Below the pieces are notes generated by a model. The model saw nothing but the letters and a program-made list of their open reading frames with translations. It was not told where the DNA came from and made no database searches. From Octopus sinensis (lineage: Eukaryota): DNA of 64,000 bases. Position 1 is the stretch's first letter; each line of letters opens with the position of its first letter. The translations under genes and the position numbers were made by a program. The stretch covers positions 14,632,001 through 14,696,000 of the forward strand of contig NC_043008.1 of assembly GCF_006345805.1 (NCBI RefSeq). Reading direction: 5' to 3'. Of the stretch, positions 1 to 12,290 are shown piece by piece.

Positions 1-104
1 GCAAAGTCGACCTCGGAGGAATTTGGACTCAGAACATTGCGGCAGACGAAACACCGCTAAGCATTTCGCCCGGCGTGCTAACGTTTCTGTCAGCTCGCCG
101 CCTT
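1..104 (-). mobile_element. SINE family A, 5' part (runs off window edge), head-to-head with next copy
   Basis: Reverse complement of the ggcggcgagctggcagaaacgttagcacgccgggcgaaatgc...gagttcaaattcc head seen at 131. Confidence 0.85.
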
Positions 105-130
105 TACATGTATGATATATCTATCATACA

Positions 131-362
131 AGGCGGCGAGCTGGCAGAAACGTTAGCACGCCGGGCGAAATGCGTAGCCGTATTTCGTCTGCCGTTACGT
201 TCTGAGTTCAAATTCCGCCGAGGTCGACTTTGCCATTCATCCTTTCGGGGTCGATAAATTAAGTACCAGTTACTCACTGGGGTCGATGTAATCGACTTAA
301 TTCGTTTGTCTGTCCTTGTTTGTCCCCTCTATGTTTAGCCCCTAGTGGGTAGTAAAGAAATA
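131..362 (+). mobile_element. SINE family A, full length, with 17-bp target-site duplication
   Basis: tRNA-like head (A box ctggcagaaacg, B box gagttcaaattcc), central gcc(t/a)ttcatcctttcggggtcgataaattaagtacc domain, TSD gatatatctatcataca at 114-130 and 363-379. Further copies at about 8772-9006, 10627-11073, 18590-18785, 29410-29610, 39450-39660(-), 47986-48400, 51750-51960, 52452-52665, 57457-57610(-), 59585-59770. Confidence 0.9.
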
Positions 363-444
363 GATATATCTATCATACATATGTATGTATGATAGATTCT
401 CTCGAAGTGAACGACAGATGAGGGTTCAGTAAAATAAAGCATTG

Positions 445-1365
445 ATCATGTTCTATGGACACGAATGTATCTCTTGAGGCCTGCTGGTGCCTTGCAAACC
501 TTTTGGCAAAGGGTCAAGTTGAGGGCTCAATTTGCTCGAGTGCTTGTGGATCATTCACTATGTGTTTTCTTGGGTAGACGGCAAGGCCTGCTTTAGTTCG
601 TGCGACAAAACCAGATAAGAGGAGCAGCGTTTTGCCAGCGGGCCTTCACGCTTGCATAAATTTGGTCCTGATGCTGGAGTCGACTTTGCTCAAATCTTTG
701 AACTGAAGAGAAGCAGGAGTGGCGCCAGGTCCTACGTTCTGATGCTTTGTTTTCTTAGGAAGAAAAGGAAATATTGCATCGCTTCAGATTATCTTTTAGT
801 TTGTCTTGAAGTTGCTTCGGAATTCTGATATCACCCATACGTGAGACATGACTTGACCATCTAAGCTGTAATTTGATGAGGATGGCTTCAATATCTGATG
901 TGTTGCATTTTGTTAGCATCTCACTGTTACGAATATAGTCACTCGGTTTTAGTGGGGATAGTACGCAAGCATCGCACATAAAATTTGTCGCGCTGGTTGA
1001 TGTGCCTTTTGGTACAGGGTCCAAGATTCAGCACCGTAAAGCAACATTGTCAAAACCACCGACTTATATACATTGATATGTCGTGGCTGTTCCAAAGCTT
1101 ACCGAAAATGGAATTAGCCTTCCCGATGATTCTGGACTCAATTTCTTTATCCATCTTGGCATTATTGGACACAATGGAACCAAGATAAGTGAAGGGGGAA
1201 ACAGTTTTTAATGCTTTCCCATCAACAAATACAGAAGGGGCAACATTGGGAAGATGGCCACAAAAGGGCCGATGGACAAGCTCAGTTTTCTGGATGCTAA
1301 TAGTCATACCAGAAGCCTTTGATGCACGCGAGAAGTTGTTTAGAATCCATTGCATGTCCTCAAAA
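445..1365 (-). mobile_element. Decayed RTE-clade non-LTR retrotransposon, RT C-terminal half
   Basis: FSRASKASGMTISIQKTE...FTYLGSIVSNNAKMDKEIESRIIGKANSIFGKLW; LQLRWSSHVSRMGDIRIPKQL; terminal LCQKVCKAPAGLKRYIRVH; frameshifted. Confidence 0.85.
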
Positions 1366-1379
1366 CACATATATATATA

Positions 1380-1433
<54 letters not shown>

Positions 1434-1814
1434 ACACTGTGCAATTCGGCTCGTATGTATGTATGTATGTATGTATAGACAGATAGATAGATAGATAGAT
1501 AGATAGATAGTCTTCAACTATATCGTTATTTGAACATTCCTTGTGTTACATATGTTATGGTTCGAAGCAATCGTGTTTTTGTTTTTCGAAGTGAAGTTTG
1601 GTGATATCTATAAAAGTTAGACAAGCCGACCTAAAGGAACAGGCATTAAACAGAACAATTTCAAAATAATGCAGCCAGGAATGCTCGTTCCAAGAGAACA
1701 GGAAACATCCGAACAATGACACGTCAGGTTGGAATTTAGTTATTTTTCTCGTGAAGAGTAACATTTAACTACGATCTGACACATGGACATTACAATATAT
1801 ACCTTATGAATACA

Positions 1815-2118
1815 CTAGCAGTATCACCCGCCGTTGCTCGGGTTTGTAAGGAAAATAACTATATTAGAATTTTTAGAGAGTTACTTCCCTTATATAAACC
1901 GAGCAAAAAATGCATTAAAAATGCGGAAAAGTGATGGTAAATTTTTTTTAAATCGTAGACTCATCGTAGACGCGAGCTAATACCTAGAAGGGCTCGATAT
2001 GAATCACGACTATAAGATACCCGGTTTTGGTTAAACTGCACCGCAAAATGTGGGAGTAGTTAGAAATCTAAATCGGAGTAGACAGACACACACACAACTT
2101 CAGTTTTATATATAAAGA
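1815..2118 (-). mobile_element. Non-autonomous Helitron
   Basis: On the minus strand: 5' a|TCtttatatataaaa, 3' GC hairpin cccgagcaacggcggg then CTAG|t; inserted between A and T with no TSD. Confidence 0.8.
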
Positions 2119-2254
2119 TTTGAGTACAGTACAGAGCGGGCGAAGGCCGAGCGACCGCTAGTATTATTAACCCTGCGTGCAGAAGCGAAGCAGGGTTATT
2201 GCAGCCGCTCGTCATAGTCTTTTTGTCTGTGTTTGGAAAATGGGGTCGATGCCA

Positions 2255-2362
2255 TAAGTGTGTGAATCTGAGAGGGGAATATGTTGAACAAAATCATAAT
2301 TAACTGATTCTCCTGTATTTTCTTTTTGCCCAAAGCCAGGAACTTTTTGGCGCCCCTCGTAT
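2255..2362 (-). mobile_element. Fragment of mariner-type MITE (same family as 35566-35763)
   Basis: ctgagaggggaatatgttgaacaaaatcataattaact...aaagccaggaactttttggcgcccctcgTA is the reverse complement of the 35566-35660 segment. Confidence 0.55.
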
Positions 2363-2953
2363 ATTGCACGACAGAATACGTACTAGGCTTAAAAAGTAAG
2401 TGCCGGGGTCGATTTCTTCAACTGAAACCCTTCAAGACGGTGCTCCAGCATGGTCGTAGTCAAATGACTGAAACAAGTAAAAGAATAAAGGAATATTGTA
2501 TATATATATATATGCTTTCAATGCGAATGGTTTTTTTATATGGCTCCGACTTTACAAGCCAGTAAATAATAATAATAGTATTTTTATATAAGCTTAAAGC
2601 TTCTGGCTTATATATATATAAGTGTACACAAGCAAGATTGAATTGAGCACACGTGCTTTATTGCATAACGCTTCAATTGTTTCATCTCCGCTTTACCAGC
2701 CAAAACTTTTATACTATTGTAGGATATACTATCAAGTGATACATTAAATGTATTACATCGCATCAGTATTTATTACATCAGCAAAATTGGTGAGAAAATA
2801 AATGATAAAACAAAAAGAAAAAAAGGAAAACTAGACACAAATAATTAAACAGACAAAACATAGCATTTAACCGATCTTTGTGTCTGCATAGTTCTAATTC
2901 CCTAATAGCCATTGTCGCCAGGGGTGGGTAGGCCCTCTTAACGGACCAATCAA

Positions 2954-4019
<1,066 letters not shown>

Positions 4020-4030
4020 TCATATATATA

Positions 4031-4060
<30 letters not shown>

Positions 4061-4062
<2 letters not shown>

Positions 4063-4349
4063 TTACACACACACATACATACGAGTAAGTGGATAAACAA
4101 ATGAAAAGGGAACTCAACACGTTTGGTAGGAGTTACATGTATCGTTTAAATCTTTTTCATTCGGTTCCGTACTACCGTACTACTACAAGTTTCGCAGGCC
4201 CTTAACGGAAGTCCAACTCCTTCAGGCTTCTGGAACTAGGTATTCCAGCAGCCTGAGGGAGTCGGGCCCCTGTTAGGGGCCTGCGAAATTTGAAGTAGCA
4301 CGGAACCGAAACAAATTGTTTTTAATATATATATATTATATATATATAC

Positions 4350-4415
<66 letters not shown>

Positions 4416-4713
4416 CATATATCATATATAGATATATATATATATATATATTTACACACACCACATACACACGAGTAAGTGGATAAACAAATGAAAAGGG
4501 AACTCAACACGTTTGGTAGGAGTTACATGTATCGTTTAAATCTTTTTCATTCGGTTCCGTACTACCGTACTACTACAAGTTTCGCAGGCCCTTAACGGAA
4601 GTCCAACTCCTTCAGGCTTCTGGAACTAGGTATTCCAGCAGCCTGAGGGAGTCGGGCCCCTGTTAGGGGCCTGCGAAATTTGAAGTAGCACGGAACCGAA
4701 ACAAATTGTTTTT

Positions 4714-4717
<4 letters not shown>
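4061..4717. repeat. Tandem duplication (period 390) of a ~265-bp unit containing a 151-bp foldback, separated by (TA)n
   Basis: 4081-4325 and 4471-4715 appear identical; hairpin ttcggttccgt...acggaaccgaa at 4160-4310 and 4550-4700. Confidence 0.9.
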
Positions 4718-4755
<38 letters not shown>

Positions 4756-4769
4756 CTTATCTTTTACTA

Positions 4770-5154
4770 AACTTTTACTTGTTTCAGTCATTTGACTGCG
4801 GCCATGCTGGAGTACCACCTTTAGTCGAGCAAATCGACCCCAAGACTTAATCTTATTCTTTATAAGCCTAGTACTTTATGTGTTTACGGGGACGTAAACA
4901 CGCCACCATCGGTTGTCAAGCGATGCTGGGGGGACAAGCACAGACACAGAAACACATACACACACACACACACATATATATATATGCATATATACGACGG
5001 GCTTCTTTCAGTTTCCGTCTACCAAATCCACTCACAAGGCTTTGGTCGGCTCGAGGCTATAGTATAAGACACTTACCCAAGGTGTCATGCAGTGGCACTG
5101 AACCCGGAACCATGTGGTGGTAAGCAAGCTACTTACTACACAGCTACTCCTGCG

Positions 5155-5157
<3 letters not shown>
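4770..5157 (-). mobile_element. SINE family B (most abundant; internal (TA)n(GT)n tract, aagtaaaagag tail)
   Basis: Head ggcgcaggagtggctgtgtggtaagtagcttgc...ccgggttcagtccc; tail ggcggtgctccagcatggccgcagtcaaatgactgaaacaagtaaaag. Other copies at about 10706-11235, 17706-18115, 26404-26820, 29626-29985, 30484-30875(-), 32305-32728, 37071-37498, 41068-41451, 44490-44842, 45196-45566(-), 48412-48832, 53463-53864(-), 56135-56535. Confidence 0.9.
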
Positions 5158-5193
<36 letters not shown>

Positions 5194-6365
5194 GCATACA
5201 TACATACATGCACACATACATGCATACATTTTATATGTGTTTGTGTGTGTGCGTGCGTGTGTATTCATAGATCGATAGATAGATAGATAGATAGATAGAT
5301 TCATGTGTGTGTATATGTACATGGCCGCACACACACACACACACATACACACAGAGATGAGCCTGTGTCCTTGTGTATGTTTGTCTCCTTCACCACCTCT
5401 TGACAGCCAGTGTTTGTGTGTTTACGTCCCAGTAACTTAGCAGTTCAGAAAAGATACTAATAGAATAAATACCATGCTTTAAAAATTACGTACTGGGATC
5501 GATTCATTTGACAAAAAATTCTTCAAAGCAGTACCCCAGCATGGCCGTAGTTAAAGGACTGACACAGGTAAAAAAAAAAGATAAAAATTGTCAGATTTTT
5601 CACAGGTTTAGAAGAGATCTCCAGTGAGACAAGTGGTGAGATTATCTTTTTGGAAGGCAACCCCCATCGTTGTTTGTCCTGATGTAACGAAGTGCATTGA
5701 TAAAATATCCTGTAGTCTGCATCTGACTGATGCCAGAATTAGATTCTCTGCTACAAGTGTAACCAAAATAAAGAAAATTGAAAAGATTATTTGGAATATA
5801 TTTTTGTTGTGGATATCTCATTTTAGAATTAAAATACTAGTCGTAATTTTTCTTCTTTTTAAGTGACAATATAGATGAGTTTAACATTAATTATTAGAAG
5901 CAAATGAATGCAAAATTAAACATTGAAACTTGTTCTATTGCCGCAGACAGTCCATTTAAAAAAATGGCATTGTAGAGCGACAGAACTTGTTAGTGACGGA
6001 AGTAGTACAGCAAACATTAGAAGATGGGAAATTGAATCGAAGATAGCCCTCCATTGGGTTACTAGTACAAAAAAATACGTATATTGTATATGTGAATTTG
6101 TATTTAGCTTTATTGTTACCACACTCTCGATTCTGCTTGATTAGTCAGCTGTCCTGAAATGTAATGATATGATCAGACATGCGGTTAATAATGCTAAGTG
6201 TATCAGTTATGAATTGGTGAGGGCAGACTTTTGATTTACCACAACATTTTTGTAGGGCGATATACCGGAGAATGGTGTTCCTTAGCCACCTCTGAAACTG
6301 GACAGATGTGTGTATGGGTTGAATGATTCACTTTGGTCATTGTACAAAGTCAGCTTTGTACTAAT

Positions 6366-6667
6366 CAACCACATGGCCTAGTGGTTAGAGCAGCGGACTC
6401 GCGGTCGAGGGATCGCGGGTTCGAATATCAGACCGGGCGATGTGTGTGTTTATGAGCGAAACACCTAAGCTCCACGCGGCTCCGGCAGAAGGTAATGGCG
6501 AACTTCTGCTGACTCTTTCGCCACAACGTTCTCTCACTCTTTCCTCCTGCATCTTGCAGCTCACCTGCGACGGACCGGTATCCTGTTCAGGTGGGGAACC
6601 TATACGCGAAGGAAACCGGGAAACCGGCCCTTATGAGCCAGGCATGGCTCGAGAAAGAACAAACAAC
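6366..6667 (+). mobile_element. SINE family E (tRNA-like head)
   Basis: A box tggcctagtggttagagcagcggac, B box gggttcgaatatc, (aac) tail. Same head at 25467-25520 and 26046-26118. Confidence 0.8.
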
Positions 6668-6947
6668 TGTTTCTCCTAAAGGATGAACATAATCAAAGTA
6701 GGGCGAGTTGTGGGTGTTTATGATATTGCTTTATTTCTCTGATATGGCGTATGGAAGAAACTGACAGGTATTTGAGGCAATGATGACGAATGATTTTGTA
6801 TTCTGTGGAAATGAAATGTTCGAGAAGATGAATACAGTAATGAGAAAGGAGTTTGAAGTAAGAAAATCACGAGAGTAGAACATTCGAGTACTTAGGACTG
6901 AATGGTAATCGATCCAAGAATGGAATCACAGTAGATTCAGATATATA

Positions 6948-7274
6948 TTGGTACTCCGTCGGTTACGACGACGAGGGTTCCAGTTGATCCGATCAACGGA
7001 AACAGCCTGCTCGTGAAATAAACGCGCAAGTGGCTGAGCACTCCAGAGACACGTGTACCCTTAACGTAGTTCTCAGAGGAGATTCAGCGTGACACAGAGA
7101 GTGACAAGACAGGCCCTTTGAAATACAGGTACTACTCATTTTTGCCAGCTGAGTGGACTGGAGCAACGTGAAATAAAGTGCCTTGCTCAAGGACACATCG
7201 CGTCGCCGGGAATTGAACTCACGACCTTGCAATCGTGGGCCGAATACTAGAACCACTAAGCCACACGCCTTCAC
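6948..7274 (-). mobile_element. SINE family C, full length, with 11-bp TSD
   Basis: Minus-strand head gtgaaggcgtgtggcttagtggttctagtattcggc...gagttcaattccc, then ccttgagcaaggcacttt. TSD tcagatatata at 6937-6947 and 7275-7285. Other copies 12645-12965(-), 13150-14090(-), 51420-51740(+); related heads with other tails at 27610-27950 and 36340-36810. Confidence 0.9.
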
Positions 7275-7585
7275 TCAGATATATACATGTTATCCATATC
7301 TCCAGTTGAAATAAGAATAAGAAGATTACAAAGGAAGAATGATGAGTGAAATGCGGATGAGAAATTCTGAATTAGAAATTTGAAAAATTGCAGATCATAT
7401 GATGTAGGTATCAACACAAACTCGTCCATGCGTGACATTTGTTTGTAAAATGCCAATGAAGGAAAACACCTCAAAGCAAAGATTCTGTTTAAATCCAATA
7501 AAAGCATTATCAAAGATTAAAGAGAGATTCCACATTATTTCCAATGTTAAGAAAGTCTTCAGGTGTGAATATTATCTGTCATTCT

Positions 7586-9231
7586 GACTTTGCCTTTCAT
7601 CCTTTCGGAGTCGATTAAATAAGTACCAGTTACGCACTGGGTATCGATATAATCGACTTAATCCGTTTGTCTGTCCTTGTTTTTGTCCCCTCTGTGTTTA
7701 GCCCCTTGTGGGTAGTAAAGAAATAGGTATTAGTCGTGGATGTAGCTGTGGTGGTAGTGGTGGTGGTGTGTGGTGGTGGTGTGTGGTGGTGGTGGTGGTG
7801 GTTATCGTCATCGTGATGTTAAGTACCTGTTCGTCCCAATCCAGCAAGCAGCAGGCCTATGATTAAAAGTAAGCCAACCATGCCAGTCCAGTCTATTTTT
7901 CCTTAGATCATAGTGTATATGGAACTGCATTATGTCCGCCAGGGGAATGCATCTTCACGAGATGGTTTTGCCGGAAGTACTCTGTAAAACCAAAACTCAC
8001 TGCTTGTAGGACCCTAAAATTCAGAGCGACCTTAACTGAGAACGTGGGAACAAAAGCAATAACAGACAAACATTATAACAAAGAAATATACTGAGAATAA
8101 GCATGTTATTTACCGGCTGCATTTAGGATCTCCGTGTTGACGTTTTCTGCGATGGTACACAATAATCCATCGAAGCCGTCCTTTAACACTTCCAGTAACT
8201 TTTCCGGGGGCATTATTTCGTCCGAGGCCCATGATTTCACAGTTATACCCTTATTTAACAGCACATATATCCCGGCCATAGGAATCCGACGCGTTATATA
8301 AACGCGTTTACCTGTCAAAGATTGGCCACATAAACACCTGAACATAATTTAATAAGTTCTTTGTTGTTTTAAACGTCACCCAAATATCCCCAATGGACAT
8401 CATTGCCCCTTTGGCAGTGACATCTTGAAGATTATGTATTTTCCTTTTTCTTCACTTTCTTTTCTTTATTTTCCTTTCTTTCTTTCTTTCTTTTTATTTT
8501 GTTGACTTTATTTCAACGCTTTTGACGTTAAAAAAACGAAAAGAGAGAACGAAATACATTTAGCGTTTCTATGGCAATATTCACAAGAAATTAAATGGCA
8601 ACGGTTTTTAGAATCTCTTAATTCTACGATATTGTTGGTAGTGGTCATGTTGATGGTAGTGGTGAAGGGGGTCGGGAGTAGTAATGTGAGTAGTGGTTGT
8701 GGTTATAGTTGTTGTGGTGATGATGGTTGTGGTGGTGATGGTGGTGTTGTTGTTGGTGGCGGTATTGTTCTGCGGAGAGCTGGCAGAAACGTTAGCACGC
8801 CGGGCGAAATGCCAAGCGCTATTTTGTCTACCTTTACGTTCTGAGTTCAAATTTCGCCGAGGTCGACTTTGCCTTTCATCCTCTCAGGGTTTGATTAAAT
8901 AAGTACCAGTTACGCACTCGGTATCGATATAATCGACTTAATCCGTTTGTCTGTCCTTGTTTTTGTCCCCTCTGTGTTTAGCCCCTTGTGGATAGTAAAG
9001 GAATAGGTATTGGTCGTGGATGTAGCTGTGGTGGTAGTGGTGGTGGTGGTAGTGGTGGTGGTGGTGGTGGTGGTGGTGGTGGTGGTGGTGGTTATCGTCG
9101 TCGTCGTCGTCGTGATGTTAAGTACCTGTTCGTCCCAATCCAGCAAGCAGCAGGCCTATGATTAAAAGTAAGCCAACCATGCCAGTCCAATCTATTTTTC
9201 CTTCGATCATAGTGTATATGAAACTGCATTA
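7586..9231. repeat. ~350-bp direct repeats (7586-7932 and 8865-9231) bracketing the GRHPR-like exon
   Basis: Both copies read SINE-A tail + (GGT)n + gtgatgttaagtacctgttcgtcccaatccagcaagcagcaggcctatg...aactgcatta, with shared private variants (gtatcgatataatcgac, tttttgtcccc). Confidence 0.9.
8114..8345 (-). CDS. GRHPR: First coding exon of glyoxylate reductase/hydroxypyruvate reductase (D-2-hydroxyacid dehydrogenase family); gene continues toward lower coordinates
   Basis: Translation KRVYITRRIP...W.SDE.MP.EKLLE..DGFDGLLCTIAENVNTEILNAAG matches the GRHPR N-terminus (VxVTRRIP...GLLCxLxDxVxxxxLxAAG). The frame ends in GCA GCC G|gtaaat, a phase-1 donor at 8113-8112, the position where vertebrate GRHPR also has an intron. 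The exact start codon is uncertain. Confidence 0.8.
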
Positions 9232-9356
9232 CCTGATGCGTCTATCACAGTATTCTAAATACGGTTCGGAGTAATTTGAAGGAAATTTTGGCTGCTATTT
9301 TTATACTTGTCTAAGTACTCTTTGTTCCTAGAAGCTAAATTACTTTCGATTCATAG

Positions 9357-9359
9357 TAT

Positions 9360-9393
<34 letters not shown>

Positions 9394-9955
9394 GTCCATC
9401 CGTCCGTCCGCCCGTCCGTCCATCCGTCCATCCGTCCATCCATCCATCCATCCATCCATCTATCCATCCATCCATCCATCCGTCCATCCGTCCATCCATC
9501 CATCCGTCCATCCATCCATCCATCCATCCATCCACCCATCCGTCCATCCGTCCGTCCGTCCGTCCGTCCGTCCGTCCATCCGTCCATCCAGCCATCCGTC
9601 CATCCATCCATCCATCCATCCATCCACCCATCCGTCCATCCGTCCATCCGTCCGTCCGTCCGTCCGTCCGTCCGTCCGTCCATCCGTCCATCCGTCCATC
9701 CGTCCATCCAGCCATCCGTCCATCCATCCATCCATCCATCCATCCATCCATCCACCCATCCGTCCATCCGTCCGTCCGTCCGTCCGTCCGTCCGTCCGTC
9801 CGTCCATCCGTCCATCCGTCCATCCAGCCATCCGTCCATCCATCCATCCATCCATCCATCCACCCATCCGTCCATCCGTCCATCTGTCCGTCCGTCCGTC
9901 CGTCCGTCCGTCCGTCCGTCCGTCCGTCCATCCGTCCATCCAGCCATCCGTCCAT

Positions 9956-9989
<34 letters not shown>

Positions 9990-10270
9990 GTCCGTCCGTC
10001 CGTCCGTCGTCCGTCCGTCCGTCCGTCCATCCGTCCATCCGTCTATCCAGCCATCCGTCCATCCATCCATCCATCCATCCATCCATCCACCCATCCGTTC
10101 ATCTGTCCGTCCGTCCGTCCGTCCATCCGTCCATCCAACCATCCAGCCATCCGTCCATCCGTCATCCATCCATCCGTCCATCCATCCGTCCATCCGTCCA
10201 TCCGTCCATCCATCCATCCATCCATCAGTCCATCCATCCGTCCGTCCGTCCGTCCTTCCATCCATCCATC
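9357..10270. repeat. Compound (TCCA)n/(TCCG)n microsatellite, ~900 bp
   Basis: Direct reading; source of the PSIH/MDGW pseudo-ORFs. Confidence 0.97.
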
Positions 10271-10274
10271 ATGC

Positions 10275-10495
10275 CTCTCTGCTCACTATTCCTGGGGGAT
10301 CCGTGGGGGCTGCAGTCCTCAGGCGCCTCTTCCTCCATAGGCAACCGTCATTACAGTTTCCGACTGAATTTCCAAGCGTGACCAATCAAGACTTGGTTTA
10401 CCTCAGGTCTCTTACTAGTTGGCTTAGCCTGAAGAATCCATCTTCCAACTCTTGACATTCCCGTGACATTCCACTCATGTCCATAGTACCGAAAC
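10275..10495 (-). mobile_element. Degenerate RTE-like LINE 3' end
   Basis: Minus strand reads RYYGH...[16 protein letters not shown], the usual RTE C-terminal pattern. Confidence 0.45.
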
Positions 10496-11777
10496 TGTAA
10501 CCTTTCTATCTAACTGTCTCTGTAGCTATCTATTCAGCTATCCAACTTCTCCGCTTACCATTCTTTGGATGGTCATGGGGGTATAGTCCTCAGGGTACCT
10601 CCTCCATAATATCCTATATCCTAATAAGGCGCGAGCTGGCAGAAACGTTAGCGCGCCGGGCGAAATCCTTAACTGTAGTTCGTTTGTCTTTACGTTTTAA
10701 ATTATAGGCGTAGGAGTGACTGTGTGGTAAGTAGCTTGCTTACCAACCACATGGTTCCGGGTTCAGTCCCACTGCGTGGCACCTTGGGCAAGTGTTTTCT
10801 ACTATAGCCTCGGGCCGACCAAAGCCTTGTGAGTGGATTTGGTAGACGGAAACTGAAAGAAGCCTGTCGTATATATGTATGTATCGCACCGGGCGGAATG
10901 CTGTCGTTACGTTCTGAGTTCAAATTCCGCCGAGGGTGACTTTGCCTTTCATCCTTTCGGGGTCGATAAATAAAAGTACCAGTTTCGCAGTGGGGTCGAT
11001 GTAATCGACTTAATCCCTTTGTCTGTCCTTGTTCGTCCTCTCTATGTTTAGCCTCTTGTGGACAAAAAAGAAATATATATATGTGTGTGTGTGTGTATAT
11101 GTTTTTGTGTCTGTGTTTGATCCCCGCCCAACATCGCTTGACAACCGATGCTGGTGTGTTTACGTCCCCGTAACTTAGCGGTTTGGCAAAAGAGACCGAT
11201 AGAAGAAGTACTAGGCTTACAAAGAATGAGTGGGATTTTACGCATGACCATTTGGTTAGGAAATAAATTTCTCAACCACACACCCACGCCGGCATAACAA
11301 AAAAAAAAGCAAAAAAAGTAAAACAGTCATTAAAAATATAGAAAAAAATTAATACACACACACACACACACACACACACACCACACACACACACACACAC
11401 ATACACACACAAACACACACACACACACACATTTCCCTGTTCGGCCTTCTTAGCTGTAATATTGCCCCGCTTCTTCTGCGGGTGAGGCATCACGTCTCTG
11501 AAAGCCAGTTGAAGAGGCTGATAATGCTGACATGTTATCGCAGACATTCAAACACAGACAAAAATCGATACCAATATCTTGACGTCATCGAAGTAATTGT
11601 TTTGTTGTTGAATTTTTTTTGGTTTTCTTTGTTTTTTTTTCTCTCTTTCTCTCTCTCTTTCCATTATTATTCACAGATAATTGTACTTCCTTTGCTACTG
11701 TAATACTTTTTGTTTAGCCCGTGTTTTGTGTACGTACGCGTTTTGTTTTGTGATGTACGTACATGTTTTGTGAACCC

Positions 11778-12290
11778 TGTATGTGTGTGTGTGTGTGTGT
11801 TTGTGTGTGTGTGCGTGTGTGTATGTGTGTGTGTGTGTGCGTGTGTGTGCGTGTGTGTGCGTGTGTGTATGTGTGTGTGTGTGTGTGTGCGTATGTGTGT
11901 GTGCGTGTGTGTATGTGTGTGTGTGTGCGTGTGTGTGTGTGCGTGTGTGTGCGTATGTGTGTGTGCGTGTGTGTGCGTGTGCGTGTGTGTATGTGTGTGT
12001 GTGTGTGTGTTGTGTGTGTGCGTGTGTGTATGTGTGTGTGTGTGCGTGTGTGTGCGTGTGTGTGTGTGTGTGCGTGTGTGTATGTGTGTGTGTGTGTGTG
12101 CGTATGTGTGTGTGCGTACGTGTGTATGTGTGCGTGTGCGTACGTGTGTGTGCGCGGTGTTTGTGTGCGTGTGTGTATGTGTGTGTGTATGTGTGTATGT
12201 GTGCGCGTGTGTGCGTGTGTGTGTGCGTGTGCGTGCGTGTGTGTATGTGTGTGTGTGCGTGTGTGTATGTGTGTGTGCGTGTGTTGTGAA
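11778..12290. repeat. Long imperfect (GT)n microsatellite
   Basis: Direct reading. Confidence 0.97.

Larger units (their letters stand above)
6030..7560 (+). mobile_element. Highly decayed Ty1/copia LTR-retrotransposon reverse transcriptase fragment, split by two SINEs
   Basis: Colinear motifs across frameshifts: IALHWVTSTKK (~6045), TTTFL*GDI (~6240), LKLDRCVYGLNDSLWSLY (6292-6345), YDIALFL* (~6720), DFVFCGNEMFEK (~6792), FEYLGLN...GITVD (~6885-6936), VSTQTRPCVTFVC (~7408). These correspond to copia RT motifs (RWV; AFLQG; LxKxxYGLxxAxRxWY; YDxALF; HVDD; FxYLG; TRPDI). Confidence 0.75.

Noticed and set aside
5610-5750. Possible GRHPR exon 2 on the minus strand
   Set aside because: No frame gives the expected LKVISTxSVGxDH motif.
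9307-10455. 382-aa ORF and overlapping MDGW ORFs
   Set aside because: Translation of a (TCCA/TCCG)n microsatellite; open frames on both strands are expected for this repeat.
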